This document shows, one piece after another, positions 1 through 10,300 of a DNA stretch of 64,000 nucleotides. Under the pieces are notes generated by a model, which did not search any database, was not told the origin of the DNA, and saw nothing but the letters and a program-made list of their open reading frames with translations. Location: contig CAVOYH010000005.1 of assembly GCA_963700635.1 (NCBI GenBank), forward strand, positions 192,625 through 256,624, written 5' to 3'. The stretch's first letter is position 1. Each line of letters opens with the position of its first letter. Source of the stretch: an uncultured Bacteroidota bacterium. Its GTDB lineage: Bacteria > Bacteroidota > Ignavibacteria > UBA10030 > UBA6906. Position numbers and translations under genes: made by a program.

Positions 1-62
1 GCGGCAACGGTATGCCAGACAATACGCCGGGCTTCTCCCACCCGCGGGTCCGCGCGGGCTCC

Positions 63-908
63 ATGTGTGTCATTGCAGCCCTGTTCCTTTTTGCCGGATT
101 GCTTCAGGCCCAGGACACCCTGCGCCTCACTCCGGCTCCACAGGTCTCCGCCGTCTCGCAGACGCGCCGGACGATTGCCACCGCCGCGGTGGGGGGGATC
201 CTTGCGGGTTCGATGGTCGGGGCGTACTTCGACTGGTGGAAAGACGCGCGCGACCCGTTTCGTTTTAAGGACGACGGACTGTTCAACAACTACTCGCTTG
301 GCGTTGACAAGATCGGGCACGCGTACACGTCGTATTTCTACTTCAACACGTTCCGGAATATTTTGATGTGGGGGGGATACGATGAGAAGAGTTCACTCTG
401 GTGGTCAGCTGGTGCGGCAGTGTTTTTCGCGGTCTCAATTGAGATCGGAGACGGGTTTACGGACTTCGGGTTCTCCGGATGGGATCTGGCCTTTAATATG
501 GCCGGTCTGGGATACGGGATGCTGCAAACCGCAGTACCGTTTCTACAGAACTTCAAACTAAAATGGAGTTATGTGCCGCAGGATGGTTACCGCTGGCCGC
601 CGAAGTTCACGGACCATTATGATGCCCACACGTACTGGCTGGCGTGTAACGTGCATCAACTTCTCCCCGAACCACTCCGCGGATACTGGCCGGAGTTCAT
701 CCAGCTGGCGATCGGATACGGGGTGGATGACCGTCAGACCAGGCGGAAAGCCCTGATTGGCTTTGATCTGAATCTTACGGTCTTCCGGGCAGAACAACCG
801 GAGCTCCGGTTGCTGGAACAGACGGTGGACCTGTTTCATGTTCCGATGCCCGGGGTAAAATTCACAGAAGGGAAAAAGCCAAAATACTCCCTCATCCAAT
901 GGAACTGA
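63..908 (+). CDS. DUF2279-like secreted protein (hypothetical)
   Basis: ORF 12..908. The internal ATG at 63 gives the signal peptide MCVIAALFLFAGLLQAQ. The 'YFDWWKD...GVDKIGHAYTSY' region resembles the DUF2279 lipoprotein family. No catalytic motif recognised. Confidence 0.5.
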   Translation: MCVIAALFLFAGLLQAQDTLRLTPAPQVSAVSQTRRTIATAAVGGILAGSMVGAYFDWWKDARDPFRFKDDGLFNNYSLGVDKIGHAYTSYFYFNTFRNILMWGGYDEKSSLWWSAGAAVFFAVSIEIGDGFTDFGFSGWDLAFNMAGLGYGMLQTAVPFLQNFKLKWSYVPQDGYRWPPKFTDHYDAHTYWLACNVHQLLPEPLRGYWPEFIQLAIGYGVDDRQTRRKALIGFDLNLTVFRAEQPELRLLEQTVDLFHVPMPGVKFTEGKKPKYSLIQWN

Positions 909-909
909 A

Positions 910-936
910 CCGGCAGGCAGCAGGTCTGCCCGCCGG
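910..936. terminator. Imperfect hairpin between convergent genes
   Basis: ccggcAggcag-caggt-ctgccCgccgg (one mismatch) lies between the stop of 12..908 (+) and the stop of 948..1895 (-). No clear T-run follows. Confidence 0.3.
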
Positions 937-947
937 TCGTGTGGTCC

Positions 948-1895
948 TCAGGCCTTTTCTTTCCCCTTTGATGTCTCGCTAAACACTTTGGACACCGCCG
1001 CCACCATACCGGCGACATCGGCGAGGTTTGAGGGAAGAATCATAGTGTTGTTGGTCTTCGCCAGTTTTCCGAATTCCCCGAGGTATTGTTCGGCGATCCG
1101 CAGGTTCACGGCATCCATCCCGCCCCGTTCATTGATGGCTGTTGCGATTTCCCGGATTCCTTTGGCGGTGGCGAGTGCGACACGTTCGATTTCGGCGGCA
1201 CGTCCTTCGGCCTCATTGATACGTTTCATCTTCTCGCCTTCGGATTTCGCTATCGCTTCCTGTTTGTCGCCTTCAGCGCGGTTGATCTTGGCCTGTTTGT
1301 CTCCCTCCGATTCCGCAATCAGCGCCCGTTTCTCGCGCTCCGCGCGCATCTGTTTTTCCATCGCGTCTTTGATGCTCGGGGGAGGGACAATGTTCTTGAT
1401 CTCATAGCGGGTGACCTTCATCCCCCATGGCTCGGAGGCTTTGTCAACCGCCGCCACAATCTCGCCGTTGACCTTTTCCCGCTCCTCGAATGTCTTGTCC
1501 AATTCAATCTTCCCGATTTCACTGCGCATGGTAGTTTGCGCAAGCTGGATGGATCCAAAGGCGTAGTCGTTGATACCGTACGAGGATTTGACGGGATCGA
1601 CGATCTGAAAATACAGAATGCCGTCCACTTCCACCTGAATATTATCTTTTGTGATACATGCCTGGGAAGGGACATCCATCGCCACTTCCTTCAGCGAGTG
1701 TTTATAGGCGATACGATCGATAAACGGCACGAGAATGTGGAACCCGGCTTCCAGGGTCCGGCTGTATTTCCCGAGGCGTTCGATGATAAAGACGGTCTTC
1801 TGGGGCACCACACGTGCCGTCTTGAGCAGGATGATAAAGGCAAGAAAAATGAGGCCTATGATAATCAGGGTCTCGAAAAGCATGGGGCGCTCCAT
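948..1895 (-). CDS. SPFH/band-7 protein, paraslipin type (QmcA/YbbK-like)
   Basis: N-terminal TM followed by 'VVPQKTVFIIERLGKYSRTLEAGFHILVPFIDRI', 'PWGMKVTRYEIKNI', and a charged coiled-coil tail (AEREKRALIAESEGDKQ...). Collinear with E. coli QmcA as I recall it. Confidence 0.85.
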   Translation of the reverse strand: MERPMLFETLIIIGLIFLAFIILLKTARVVPQKTVFIIERLGKYSRTLEAGFHILVPFIDRIAYKHSLKEVAMDVPSQACITKDNIQVEVDGILYFQIVDPVKSSYGINDYAFGSIQLAQTTMRSEIGKIELDKTFEEREKVNGEIVAAVDKASEPWGMKVTRYEIKNIVPPPSIKDAMEKQMRAEREKRALIAESEGDKQAKINRAEGDKQEAIAKSEGEKMKRINEAEGRAAEIERVALATAKGIREIATAINERGGMDAVNLRIAEQYLGEFGKLAKTNNTMILPSNLADVAGMVAAVSKVFSETSKGKEKA

Positions 1896-1906
1896 GGTAG
1901 CTCCTG

Positions 1907-2365
1907 TTATGAAAGGGGTTTAACCTTCAAGCGAAGATTGTTCTGCTCAATAATTTCGACGACCTGTCCCTGGGTGATGGGAACGTCGGAGTCGGCGTTC
2001 CAGGATGTGCCGTGAAACTCCACCTTGCCGTTTTGCGCGTTCGGGACGATGGCGTTTATGGCTACTGCGCGCTGACCGCGCACATCTTCCATCGAAGCAG
2101 TGGGATTCCATTCACGGGAGACTCTCCCCTCGAAATAGTTTTTCCCCTTCTTGCGGAAGAGGACAAGGGCGAGTATCGAGCTCACCAGAAAAACCATAAG
2201 CTGGCCGTTAAATTCCGGCAGGATGCCGAGACCCACCAGAATGGCCGTCACCCACGCGCCAACGCCGAAGAAGATGATAACCAATCCCGGCAGCGCAAGT
2301 TCAGACAGCAGGAGAATCAGGCCGACAAGAAACCAGAGGAGTTCGGCACTCGCATTATCAAACAT
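1907..2365 (-). CDS. NfeD-family membrane protein, short form (YbbJ-like)
   Basis: Three TM helices followed by a C-terminal OB-fold-like 'GKVEFHGTSWNADSD..ITQGQVVEII'. Sits 11 nt upstream of its SPFH partner, the classic operon arrangement. Confidence 0.8.
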   Translation of the reverse strand: MFDNASAELLWFLVGLILLLSELALPGLVIIFFGVGAWVTAILVGLGILPEFNGQLMVFLVSSILALVLFRKKGKNYFEGRVSREWNPTASMEDVRGQRAVAINAIVPNAQNGKVEFHGTSWNADSDVPITQGQVVEIIEQNNLRLKVKPLS

Positions 2366-2410
2366 GGGGTGTCTTTCCTGAGTTGTGGGGTCGAGGGTAG
2401 AAGGTAAGAA

Positions 2411-2439
2411 AACCTACGGGGAACTTCGTTGAATGTCAA
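2411..2439 (-). promoter_or_regulatory. Sigma70-like promoter for the NfeD/SPFH operon
   Basis: Minus strand reads TTGACA-17 nt-TAGGTT, about 45 nt upstream of the ATG at 2365. Confidence 0.4.
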
Positions 2440-2498
2440 GATGCCGCGGAACAGTAAAACGCAGAGCATATGGTGAAGGCCGGCGTTTCCCGCATCCG

Positions 2499-3446
2499 TC
2501 AGAAACGTATGCCCAGGGCTATCGTGTGGCCACTGCCCAGTTCGCCCGCCAGGCGGCTGAACGCATAGTCGAAATGGAAGAGTCCGTACCGCACACCCCC
2601 ACCAAGGCTCAAGCCACGCCCCTCAGAACCGGTCTGGTACCCTGCGCGGGCGGCAACAGTCTGCGCAAAGGAAACTTCGGCACCGACGGCTGCGAGTGTT
2701 TTCGCCTCGCGAAACAAATGCAGGACATCCGCTGCCAGGGTGAGATCAGCGTTCAAAGAGGGGACTGTGATCGGGTACGCCACGCCGACCCGTGAGAGCA
2801 GGGGAAGCCGTGTTGATTCCGAGCGTAAGGCACTCATCGCGCCGATGTTTGCAAGAGTGATGCCGGCTTTCAGACCCTCGATCGGGGTGGTGTACAGCAG
2901 TCCGATGTCCCCCCCGACCCCGGATGCCTCGTCAACAAGAATCTGTTCGTACAAGAAACGGGCCGTTATTCCCACCTGTATGTCATCCCCTATGCGGCGT
3001 GCATAGGAGGCCCCCAGCGCAAGGTTGCGGGATGAAAAGGTCCCTTCCGCCTCGCCGGGACGCGTGCGTATTTCGATATCCGATACCGAAGTGGTATTCA
3101 GGGAGAATCCGATACCGTGATCCTCGCCGAGACCAAAGGTGGCTCCGAGGAATTGTGTACGGGTGTCCTGGATCCACTCTTTGTGCATGATCAGCACATC
3201 CGAGGTCCGGGTCGACTCCCGGTCCGGCACAATCCCGGCGGGATTGTAATATGTTGCGGCGGCACCCGAGGCGGAGGCCGCCATTGCGTCACCCATGGCC
3301 ACGCCGCGCGCCGAGATACCGAGTTTCAGAAAGGCCATTCCCGACGCCCCACCTTCCGCCCTGGCATGATAGGTCGTGGAGAAGGCCAGCATGGCACCCA
3401 TCATGGTGACACAGCAGGTCCGGCACAGCGTACGTTCTCTCTTCAC
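2499..3446 (-). CDS. PorV/PorQ-family outer-membrane beta-barrel protein (T9SS-associated)
   Basis: Signal peptide, then 'FLKLGISARGVAMGDAMAASASGAAATYYNPAGI' (PorV/PorQ N-terminal signature). Alternating beta-strand pattern with a C-terminal '...IALGIRF'. GTG start preceded by AGGAG. Confidence 0.7.
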   Translation of the reverse strand: MKRERTLCRTCCVTMMGAMLAFSTTYHARAEGGASGMAFLKLGISARGVAMGDAMAASASGAAATYYNPAGIVPDRESTRTSDVLIMHKEWIQDTRTQFLGATFGLGEDHGIGFSLNTTSVSDIEIRTRPGEAEGTFSSRNLALGASYARRIGDDIQVGITARFLYEQILVDEASGVGGDIGLLYTTPIEGLKAGITLANIGAMSALRSESTRLPLLSRVGVAYPITVPSLNADLTLAADVLHLFREAKTLAAVGAEVSFAQTVAARAGYQTGSEGRGLSLGGGVRYGLFHFDYAFSRLAGELGSGHTIALGIRF

Positions 3447-3459
3447 ACATATCTCCTGT

Positions 3460-4410
3460 TCAGAATGCCACCGACAGCGTGATCATGTGGAGTGCGGTGG
3501 GCGCAAAAGGTTCAAGTACAAACGCATAGTGCAAAGTCGGTGTCCATCCCTGGAGGGTCGTGCGGACCGTGAAGCCAACCGACGGCCGGACACCATTTCC
3601 GTCTTCCTTCAAGTCCACCCGGTCTATCCCTGCCCGCACGGCGAACTCCGGGATGAGCGGCACTTCAACGCCCGCCCGCATCACGATCGAAGACCGGTTG
3701 GACACCTCGACCTCTGCAGCAACAAGGGCAATGCTGTCAGGAAGCATGCAGGCGAGTGACGCCGTAGTGAGAATCGGGAATCGATCTTCGGAGGTCTGGC
3801 CGTTCTGGCCGAACAGCGGTGACGTGTCCCACTTGTAACGGGAATTGATATCTCTGACCGTGACTGCGGCAGTAAACCCGCTTCCGATTCGATACAGCGC
3901 ACCAATGTCAACCCCCACTGTGGTCGAGGATACATCGGTATAAAGCTGATAGTGGTAGAGCTTCAGTGTGACGCCAATCTGTAACTCATGGGTGGGCCGG
4001 ACAGCAAAACCGAAAAACACCTGATTCTCGGAGGTGCGGAGAGGACCGGTTTGCTGGCCGTCTCCGTCCCGCCCGTCAATCTCGGTCACGCCGGCGTTAA
4101 TGAGTCCGATGGACAGGCCCGCTTTGGGAGGAAGCGCTTGCGTATATGAAAGGAAATTCAGGCGCCGGTCCAGACTCAGGATGCCAAAGGAGGCGGAAGC
4201 AACGCGGTACTCTGCTGATGGGAGGAGGGCAGGGTTATAATATGCCACGACATCACCATGTGTCACTGCCGACATTGCATTACCCATACTTATGCCACGC
4301 GCGCCAAACCCCAGCCGGCTGAATGCCCCGGGTTCGCCGCCGACCTGCGCCCGTGACGTCGCAGGAGCGAGAAGGATGCCCAGAGAGAGCCAGAGGACTA
4401 TCTGCTTCAT
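3460..4410 (-). CDS. PorV/PorQ-family outer-membrane beta-barrel protein (paralogue)
   Basis: Carries 'FSRLGFGARGISMGNAMSAVTHGDVVAYYNPALL' and ends '...ITLSVAF'. The ATG at 4410 gives signal peptide MKQIVLWLSLGILLAPATSRAQ and overlaps the upstream stop as ATGA. Confidence 0.7.
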   Translation of the reverse strand: MKQIVLWLSLGILLAPATSRAQVGGEPGAFSRLGFGARGISMGNAMSAVTHGDVVAYYNPALLPSAEYRVASASFGILSLDRRLNFLSYTQALPPKAGLSIGLINAGVTEIDGRDGDGQQTGPLRTSENQVFFGFAVRPTHELQIGVTLKLYHYQLYTDVSSTTVGVDIGALYRIGSGFTAAVTVRDINSRYKWDTSPLFGQNGQTSEDRFPILTTASLACMLPDSIALVAAEVEVSNRSSIVMRAGVEVPLIPEFAVRAGIDRVDLKEDGNGVRPSVGFTVRTTLQGWTPTLHYAFVLEPFAPTALHMITLSVAF

Positions 4411-5963
4411 TGCAGCACCATAATCTTTCCCCACATCGGTTCGCCGTCGTCAAGGGTAATACGATAGAAGTAGACACCGTTTTTTACCACTGAGCCTGCG
4501 TCCGTTCTGCCGTCCCACCGTTCATCATGCTCGCCGGTTCCTGACCGTTTTGCGTCCCGCACGACGGTACGCATCCGGTTCATCCCGAAATCAAACACTT
4601 CGAGAGTGACCGACGTCTGGGTACGCTCGGTTGCGTAGTGAATCCGGATTGTCTCGAACCGTGGTGAGAACGGATTTGGATAGGCGTACGTAGAGGAACG
4701 TGACGGGAGGGGTTCAAAGGCGCGGAGGATTTCCCACGCAGAGCCGAACGGCTGGGAAGGGGAGTCAACAGTCTTGACAAGCCCCTCCGAACTGCCGCAA
4801 TAGACGGTATCACCCATTACAGCGACGGAAAAGAACCGGTTGGAAGTGATACGTTCGCGTGTCGCGCCATCAATAATGTCTCCGGAACGTTGCCAGCTGG
4901 CGCCGGCGTCTGCGGTGCGAAACATCCCTGACTCGGTCGCGACGTACACGGCCGGGCCGTTGAAGGCAAAGTCGTACGCCTTGATGCCATTCAAAAAGTT
5001 CTTCCAGGTCCGGCCGCCGTCGTCCGTCATGGAAACACCGTATTCCTGGCCAGCCCCCTCTGCGGGCCAGTTTGTGGTCCAGACACGGGTCCGTGTCCCA
5101 AGGCGCTGACCGGCAATGGCGATCACCCAGTCGCTCAGAATGTGTTCCACCTGATTGCCACGCGTAAACTTGACCCAGCTGCTGCCGCCATCCACTGATT
5201 TGTTGATACCTCCGGCCGTCCCGGCCCATATGGTATCCTTATCCTGGGGGTACACCGCAAAGCCAAGGTAGTTGTTGTCCTGCCGCGGATCGATCGTATA
5301 GTTGACAAGCGTGTCAGTCGGCGCGATGGAGGAAAGCAGCTTTGAAGGAAGCACGATCCGTTGCCAGGTTGCGCCCAGGTCTGTGGATTTTCGAATCCCG
5401 CTCGACCAGCTCGCGATCCACACCGTCCGGTCTCCCAATGAAACATCAAACGTGACGTTTTGTTCATTGACGACGATGGGCAGAAACTTGACCGTATTAC
5501 TTCCGTACTGTGCGATGCTATCATCACGGGCGTCCAGCGTCTGTTGGCGGCTGTTCCACGTGCCGCCTGCGTCCGTGGAATACGTGTATCCGCTGCCTGT
5601 CTGTACCGACTGACCGTCCACATCTTTTGTGTACCCGGTGGATGTCCACACCGAATCGCCGCGGAGATCGATGGCGAAGATACCCTGTGTGGCGAATTGT
5701 GGTACCGCACCATAACTTTCCCAGGTGCGGCCTGCATCCGTGCTTCGGGCAAGTCCTTTGCTTGTTCCGATCCAGAGGACGGAGCCCTGGGCCGTGATGT
5801 GGGAGACGCTGTTGCTGGGAATGGTGGAGAGAATCTGGCCCGTCAGACCTTCGAGTGTATAGGTATGCAGAAACTTTGCCTGGGCGAAGACCATGGGTCC
5901 CGTGAGGCCCGCCAGAACAACGCCGGCCAGAACAAAAACGGATATGATAACACGACGGTTCAT
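4407..5963 (-). CDS. Asp-box (BNR/Ycf48-like) beta-propeller protein with T9SS C-terminal domain
   Basis: Signal peptide. At least 6 Asp-boxes: STDAGRTW, STDAGGTW, STDLGATW, SVDGGSSW, TDDGGRTW, TADAGASW. C-terminal 'YAYPNPFSP...VTLEVFD...GVYFYRITL...IMVLQ'. Confidence 0.8.
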   Translation of the reverse strand: MNRRVIISVFVLAGVVLAGLTGPMVFAQAKFLHTYTLEGLTGQILSTIPSNSVSHITAQGSVLWIGTSKGLARSTDAGRTWESYGAVPQFATQGIFAIDLRGDSVWTSTGYTKDVDGQSVQTGSGYTYSTDAGGTWNSRQQTLDARDDSIAQYGSNTVKFLPIVVNEQNVTFDVSLGDRTVWIASWSSGIRKSTDLGATWQRIVLPSKLLSSIAPTDTLVNYTIDPRQDNNYLGFAVYPQDKDTIWAGTAGGINKSVDGGSSWVKFTRGNQVEHILSDWVIAIAGQRLGTRTRVWTTNWPAEGAGQEYGVSMTDDGGRTWKNFLNGIKAYDFAFNGPAVYVATESGMFRTADAGASWQRSGDIIDGATRERITSNRFFSVAVMGDTVYCGSSEGLVKTVDSPSQPFGSAWEILRAFEPLPSRSSTYAYPNPFSPRFETIRIHYATERTQTSVTLEVFDFGMNRMRTVVRDAKRSGTGEHDERWDGRTDAGSVVKNGVYFYRITLDDGEPMWGKIMVLQ

Positions 5964-5970
5964 GCGGACA

Positions 5971-7117
5971 TCAATTAATCGTGATTTGACGGGTGGTATC
6001 GGCGCGGGCGCCGGCGCGGTCCACCGCGGAAAAACGGAAGTTCTGTACGCCGGGTGTATTCGATGAGGAGATGGTAAGAAGCAACGAATACGTCCCGTCC
6101 GACTGCCACGGAATCTCCATGGACAATCCGGTCCCCATCATCATACATCAGAAACCGGGTCGGTGTGGCAGCGTTCAGATTGACAAAATATACTGAATCA
6201 ATGTCTGAACGGCCGTTTGGGTCGTCCACGGTAACGAAGAACGAAACCGGGATTGTGCCGCTGGCCGGGCGCTGAATCACCGAGGGGAGATTCAGCGAGA
6301 CAAACCGCGGGGGCTGGTTGTTTGCCGAGCGGCGCAGAATATTACTTTCCGATCCCGCGTTGTCCTTGCCGCGATATTCGAACACTACCTCCGGAAGCGT
6401 GGTCGTCGGGAAAACCCACGCATACACTGAAAAGATTCCGTCTCCTGCCACGGCGTCGCCGTTACTCCGCTTGCCGTCGTCGTACATCGTCCGGGCGGTC
6501 GAGTCTCTGCTGGAGAGCACACGGACGGTAACCTGGGTGATATCGTTCAGGCCGCTGGCGTCGGTCGCAGAGACGCTCAGCAAGAACAGGGAAGAGTCTG
6601 CTCCGGAGGTCGCAACCTGGCGTGCTCCTGCAAGACTCAGGATCGGCGGGGCATCCGTGAGACGAACGGTGACCGTCGTGTACGCAATACTGCTCCTGAG
6701 CTCTGATCCGTCCACGGCAAACATCTCCAGCTTGTAGGAACCCAGAGCGGTACGGGCAACTTCTATGGTTGCCACGGATGTGAATTCCCGCGTTCCCGAT
6801 CCGGGTACGATTGCTGATGGCGTGAGTGTTCCCTGTGCGATGGGAGCGGTTCCGGAGGGTGCATAGACCGTCCACCGCACCTGCCGTACATCCTCTACCC
6901 CCTGGGGATCGGAGACCGTCGCACTCAGTGTGGTCGAGAGACGGTACATACCCGCAACGGGCTGCTGATTGTCAAGATTGAAGAAGGACGGGGCAACGGC
7001 CGTCGCACGCAGGACAGGGGCGGACCCGCCGGGATCAATAATCGCTGAAGGGTTGTCTTCGCAGCCGGGAAGGGCTACAAGCGTGAGGAGGAGCAAAAGG
7101 ATTCGCACGTGCGTCAT
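5971..7117 (-). CDS. Lipoprotein with three Ig-like repeats, apparent frameshift near the 3' end
   Basis: Lipobox LVALPGC. Repeated 'MYDDG..(N/H)GD(A/S)VA.DG' motif. The track ORF ends at 5975 with an Arg-rich nonsense-looking tail. The +1 frame from about 6103 reads 'SDGTYSLLLTISSSNTPGVQNFRFSAVDRAGARADTTRQITIN*' (stop at 5971-5973), which matches repeat 1 ('GSYKLEMFAVDGSELRSS'). Confidence 0.6.
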
Positions 7118-7348
7118 AGAGCGCTGGTGTATTGTGTCTGGTAAACGACTGCCTCTTTGAGTACCAACGCCGTGTGCGGGTGTTCCTTTTTTGTGCGTGG
7201 TGTGTGATCAGAGTGCACATATACTAACAAAAAGGGTGTAGAAAGTCAAGCCGTGCATAAACACCCGGACACTTGCTTTCGGAATTGAACATTCGTTTCT
7301 TACAACTTATTAGAGTTTTTTCAGACTGTACTGCCGGGGACTTCTCCT

Positions 7349-10300
7349 ATGCGAGTGGATGGGGTGGTTGTGCGAGTTGTTGCATCCGCGATGCTCCTGA
7401 TGATCGCGGAAGGGCATGCGGGGTCGCGCAAGGACCGGCCGGTACGACCGACTGAGCCCGCAGGAGAGGTGATTCCGGGCGTTGTTATCGTAGCGGTGCG
7501 GGACGGCGCGGCGCTGTCGGACCTTTCGCTTCCGGGCGAAGGCACGCCTCTCGGGCGCGCCCTGCGGGCTCGCAGCGTTACGAAAACCCGCCGACTGTTC
7601 CCTCCCGCTACCTCCGGAATTTCTTCTGCACCGTACGCAAAATCCGCGGGGCCCTCTGAAGCCCAGGCACGTGTCGGCCGCATACTGGAGTGTTCCGTTC
7701 CGCTTGACGCCGATCCGGTGAGAATTGCTGAACTCCTTTCACGTGATCCCTCCGTTGAGTATGCAGAACCAAAATATATGCACACGCTGTACGACGCGCC
7801 GGATGACCCTCTCTTTGGCAGTCAGTTCGCGTTTACACCACTGAACGCGGTAGCGGGATGGTCCCTTGGAAAAGGTGATCGGTCGCTGCTCATCGCCAAC
7901 GTCGATGGCGGGACGGACTGGCGGCATCCGGATCTCCTTCCAAACGTCCGAATTAATACGCTCGAAGATCTGAACCGGGATGGTGTTTTCGACGCCTCAG
8001 ATTTGAACGGGGTTGATGAAGACGGGAACGGATTTGTGGATGATGTTGTCGGGTGGAATTTCACAAACAAAAGTCCCGACCCGAGCGGCCTGGCTGCGAC
8101 GCCCCTTAGTTATGCGCACGGGACTGCCACAGCCAGCCATTTCGGCGCCGTTACGAACAATGGCATCGGCATCGCGGGGTCAGGCTGGAATAACGCGCTT
8201 CTGCCTGTGTGTGTCGCGTCCTCCACAACCGATAATGGGATCGCCTTTGGATATGAGGGCATCGCCTACGCGGCGGCACGGGGCGCAAAGGTGATCAACT
8301 GCAGCTGGGGGCGGATCGGCGGATTCTCGCAGTTTGAACAGGACGTGATTACGGCAGCGACTGATGCAGGCGCGCTGGTCATTGCCGCTGCGGGAAACAA
8401 TAATAGTAATAGCGACGCGGTTCCGCACTACCCGTCCAACTACCGAGGAGTCCTCGCAGTCGGGGCGACGGAGTCCACTTCGGATACCAAGGCCTCGTTC
8501 AGCAACTACGGCGTGACCGTGCCGGTCTATGCCCCGGGTGTGAATATCCTCAGCGCGTTTGTGGGGGGCGGATATGGCAGCGGAGGAAGCGGCACATCCT
8601 ATTCGAGTCCGCTTGTCGCCGGACTCGCCGGCATTCTCCGGGTTGCCTACCCGGGCTGGACGCCGGCTCAGATCGCAGCGCAAATCCGCATGACCGCCGA
8701 TCCGATTGACTTTAATAATCCGGTCTTTGCAGGGCTTCTTGGCAAGGGACGTGTGAATTTTGCACGGGCCCTCACCGAAGCGCACGTCGGCCTTGATGTT
8801 ATCGCTTCCGATGTGCGCACGTCTACCGGGCGGCGCCTCTTTCTGCCGGGTGATACCATCCTCGTCACCCTGACGCTCAAAAATTCGCTCTTCCTGGATG
8901 CTGCGAATGTTTCATTCAACGCGGCATCATCCGCTCCCTCAATGGTCCAGTTGGTCGAAGTCCCGGCCAATGTTGGCCTGCTGGCCGCGGGGCAAACCCT
9001 CCAGCTTCCCCCATTCCGGTTCCGTGTCGGGAATGTGCCATCCACTTCCTCTTCGGTGGTGCGGTTACGGTGGACGGTGAACGGCACTGATGCCGATGGA
9101 ACGGCGCTCAACGTCTGGGTCTTCCCGGTGCTTCCTCAATGGGTCATGCAGCTTGATGGAGCGGAGGCCGGTCTGTTCAGTGTCTTTGCAGTCAACCGGT
9201 CGGTTGTCTGGGCCGCCGGGGGCAACCCTGCCGGTGCTCAACCTATAGTTGTTCGTACGACCGATGCCGGGGAGACCTGGACCGATCAAACCGGATCCCT
9301 CACCAGCGGCGAATTCTATTGTGTGAACGCCCTGGATGCAAACAGGGCCTGGGTGGGAACAGGTGATGGAAGGATCATCGCGACAACGGATGGTGGAACC
9401 ACCTGGAATGTTCAGGCATACCCCGACCGGCAGAGCCCCTTCATCAACGGCATCCGTATGTTCTCCGATGGCACAGGATATGCCCAGGGTGATCCTCCCG
9501 GCGATGCAAAATTTGTAGTCCTGAAAACGACGAACTTCGGTTCTACCTGGAGCCACCTGGCCAACGAACCTCAGGGCACAAGCGGGGAAGCCGGATGGAA
9601 CAACTCTTTCTGGTGGACCGATCAGATGAACGGCTGGTTCGGGACGAATCACAACAAAGTCTGGCGAACAACCGATGGAGGAGGGACGTGGGCATCCGCC
9701 GCGACTGGCGGCACCAACAGTTACGGCGTCGCATTCCGGGATGCCTCGACAGGATACGCCGTGCATGATAACGGATACGTTGCCCGCACTACCAACGGCG
9801 GACAATCCTGGAGCGGTCTGACCTCGCCGACATCGGAGATGGTCTCGTCGGTAACAGTCGCACCGGCCACTTCGTCGGCCTGGATAACCACAGCATACTC
9901 TTCCTTCCGCACCCGGAACGATGGTGCGGGATGGACATCGGAAACACTTTTTCCCGTCTTGGGATCGCTGAACCATCTCTCATTCGCCGATACTGCATCA
10001 GGGTGGGTCGTGACATCCAATGGTGAAATCCTGAGATACAGCGCCGGCGTGGTGACGTCGGCCGGCGAAATATCCGCCCCGACGATTCCTCTTTCCGTTG
10101 CGCTGGATCACAACTATCCGAACCCTTTTAACGGAAGTTCCATAATAGGGTACAGGATACAGGGAACAGGGCTGCACGCGGTACGGGTAATGGTGTATGA
10201 TCTTCTGGGTCGTGAGGTCGCCCTTCTGGCGCAGGGTACCCATGCCGCAGGCGCCTATACGGTGGTATTTGACGCGCGGGACCGCGCGAGCGGAGTCTAC

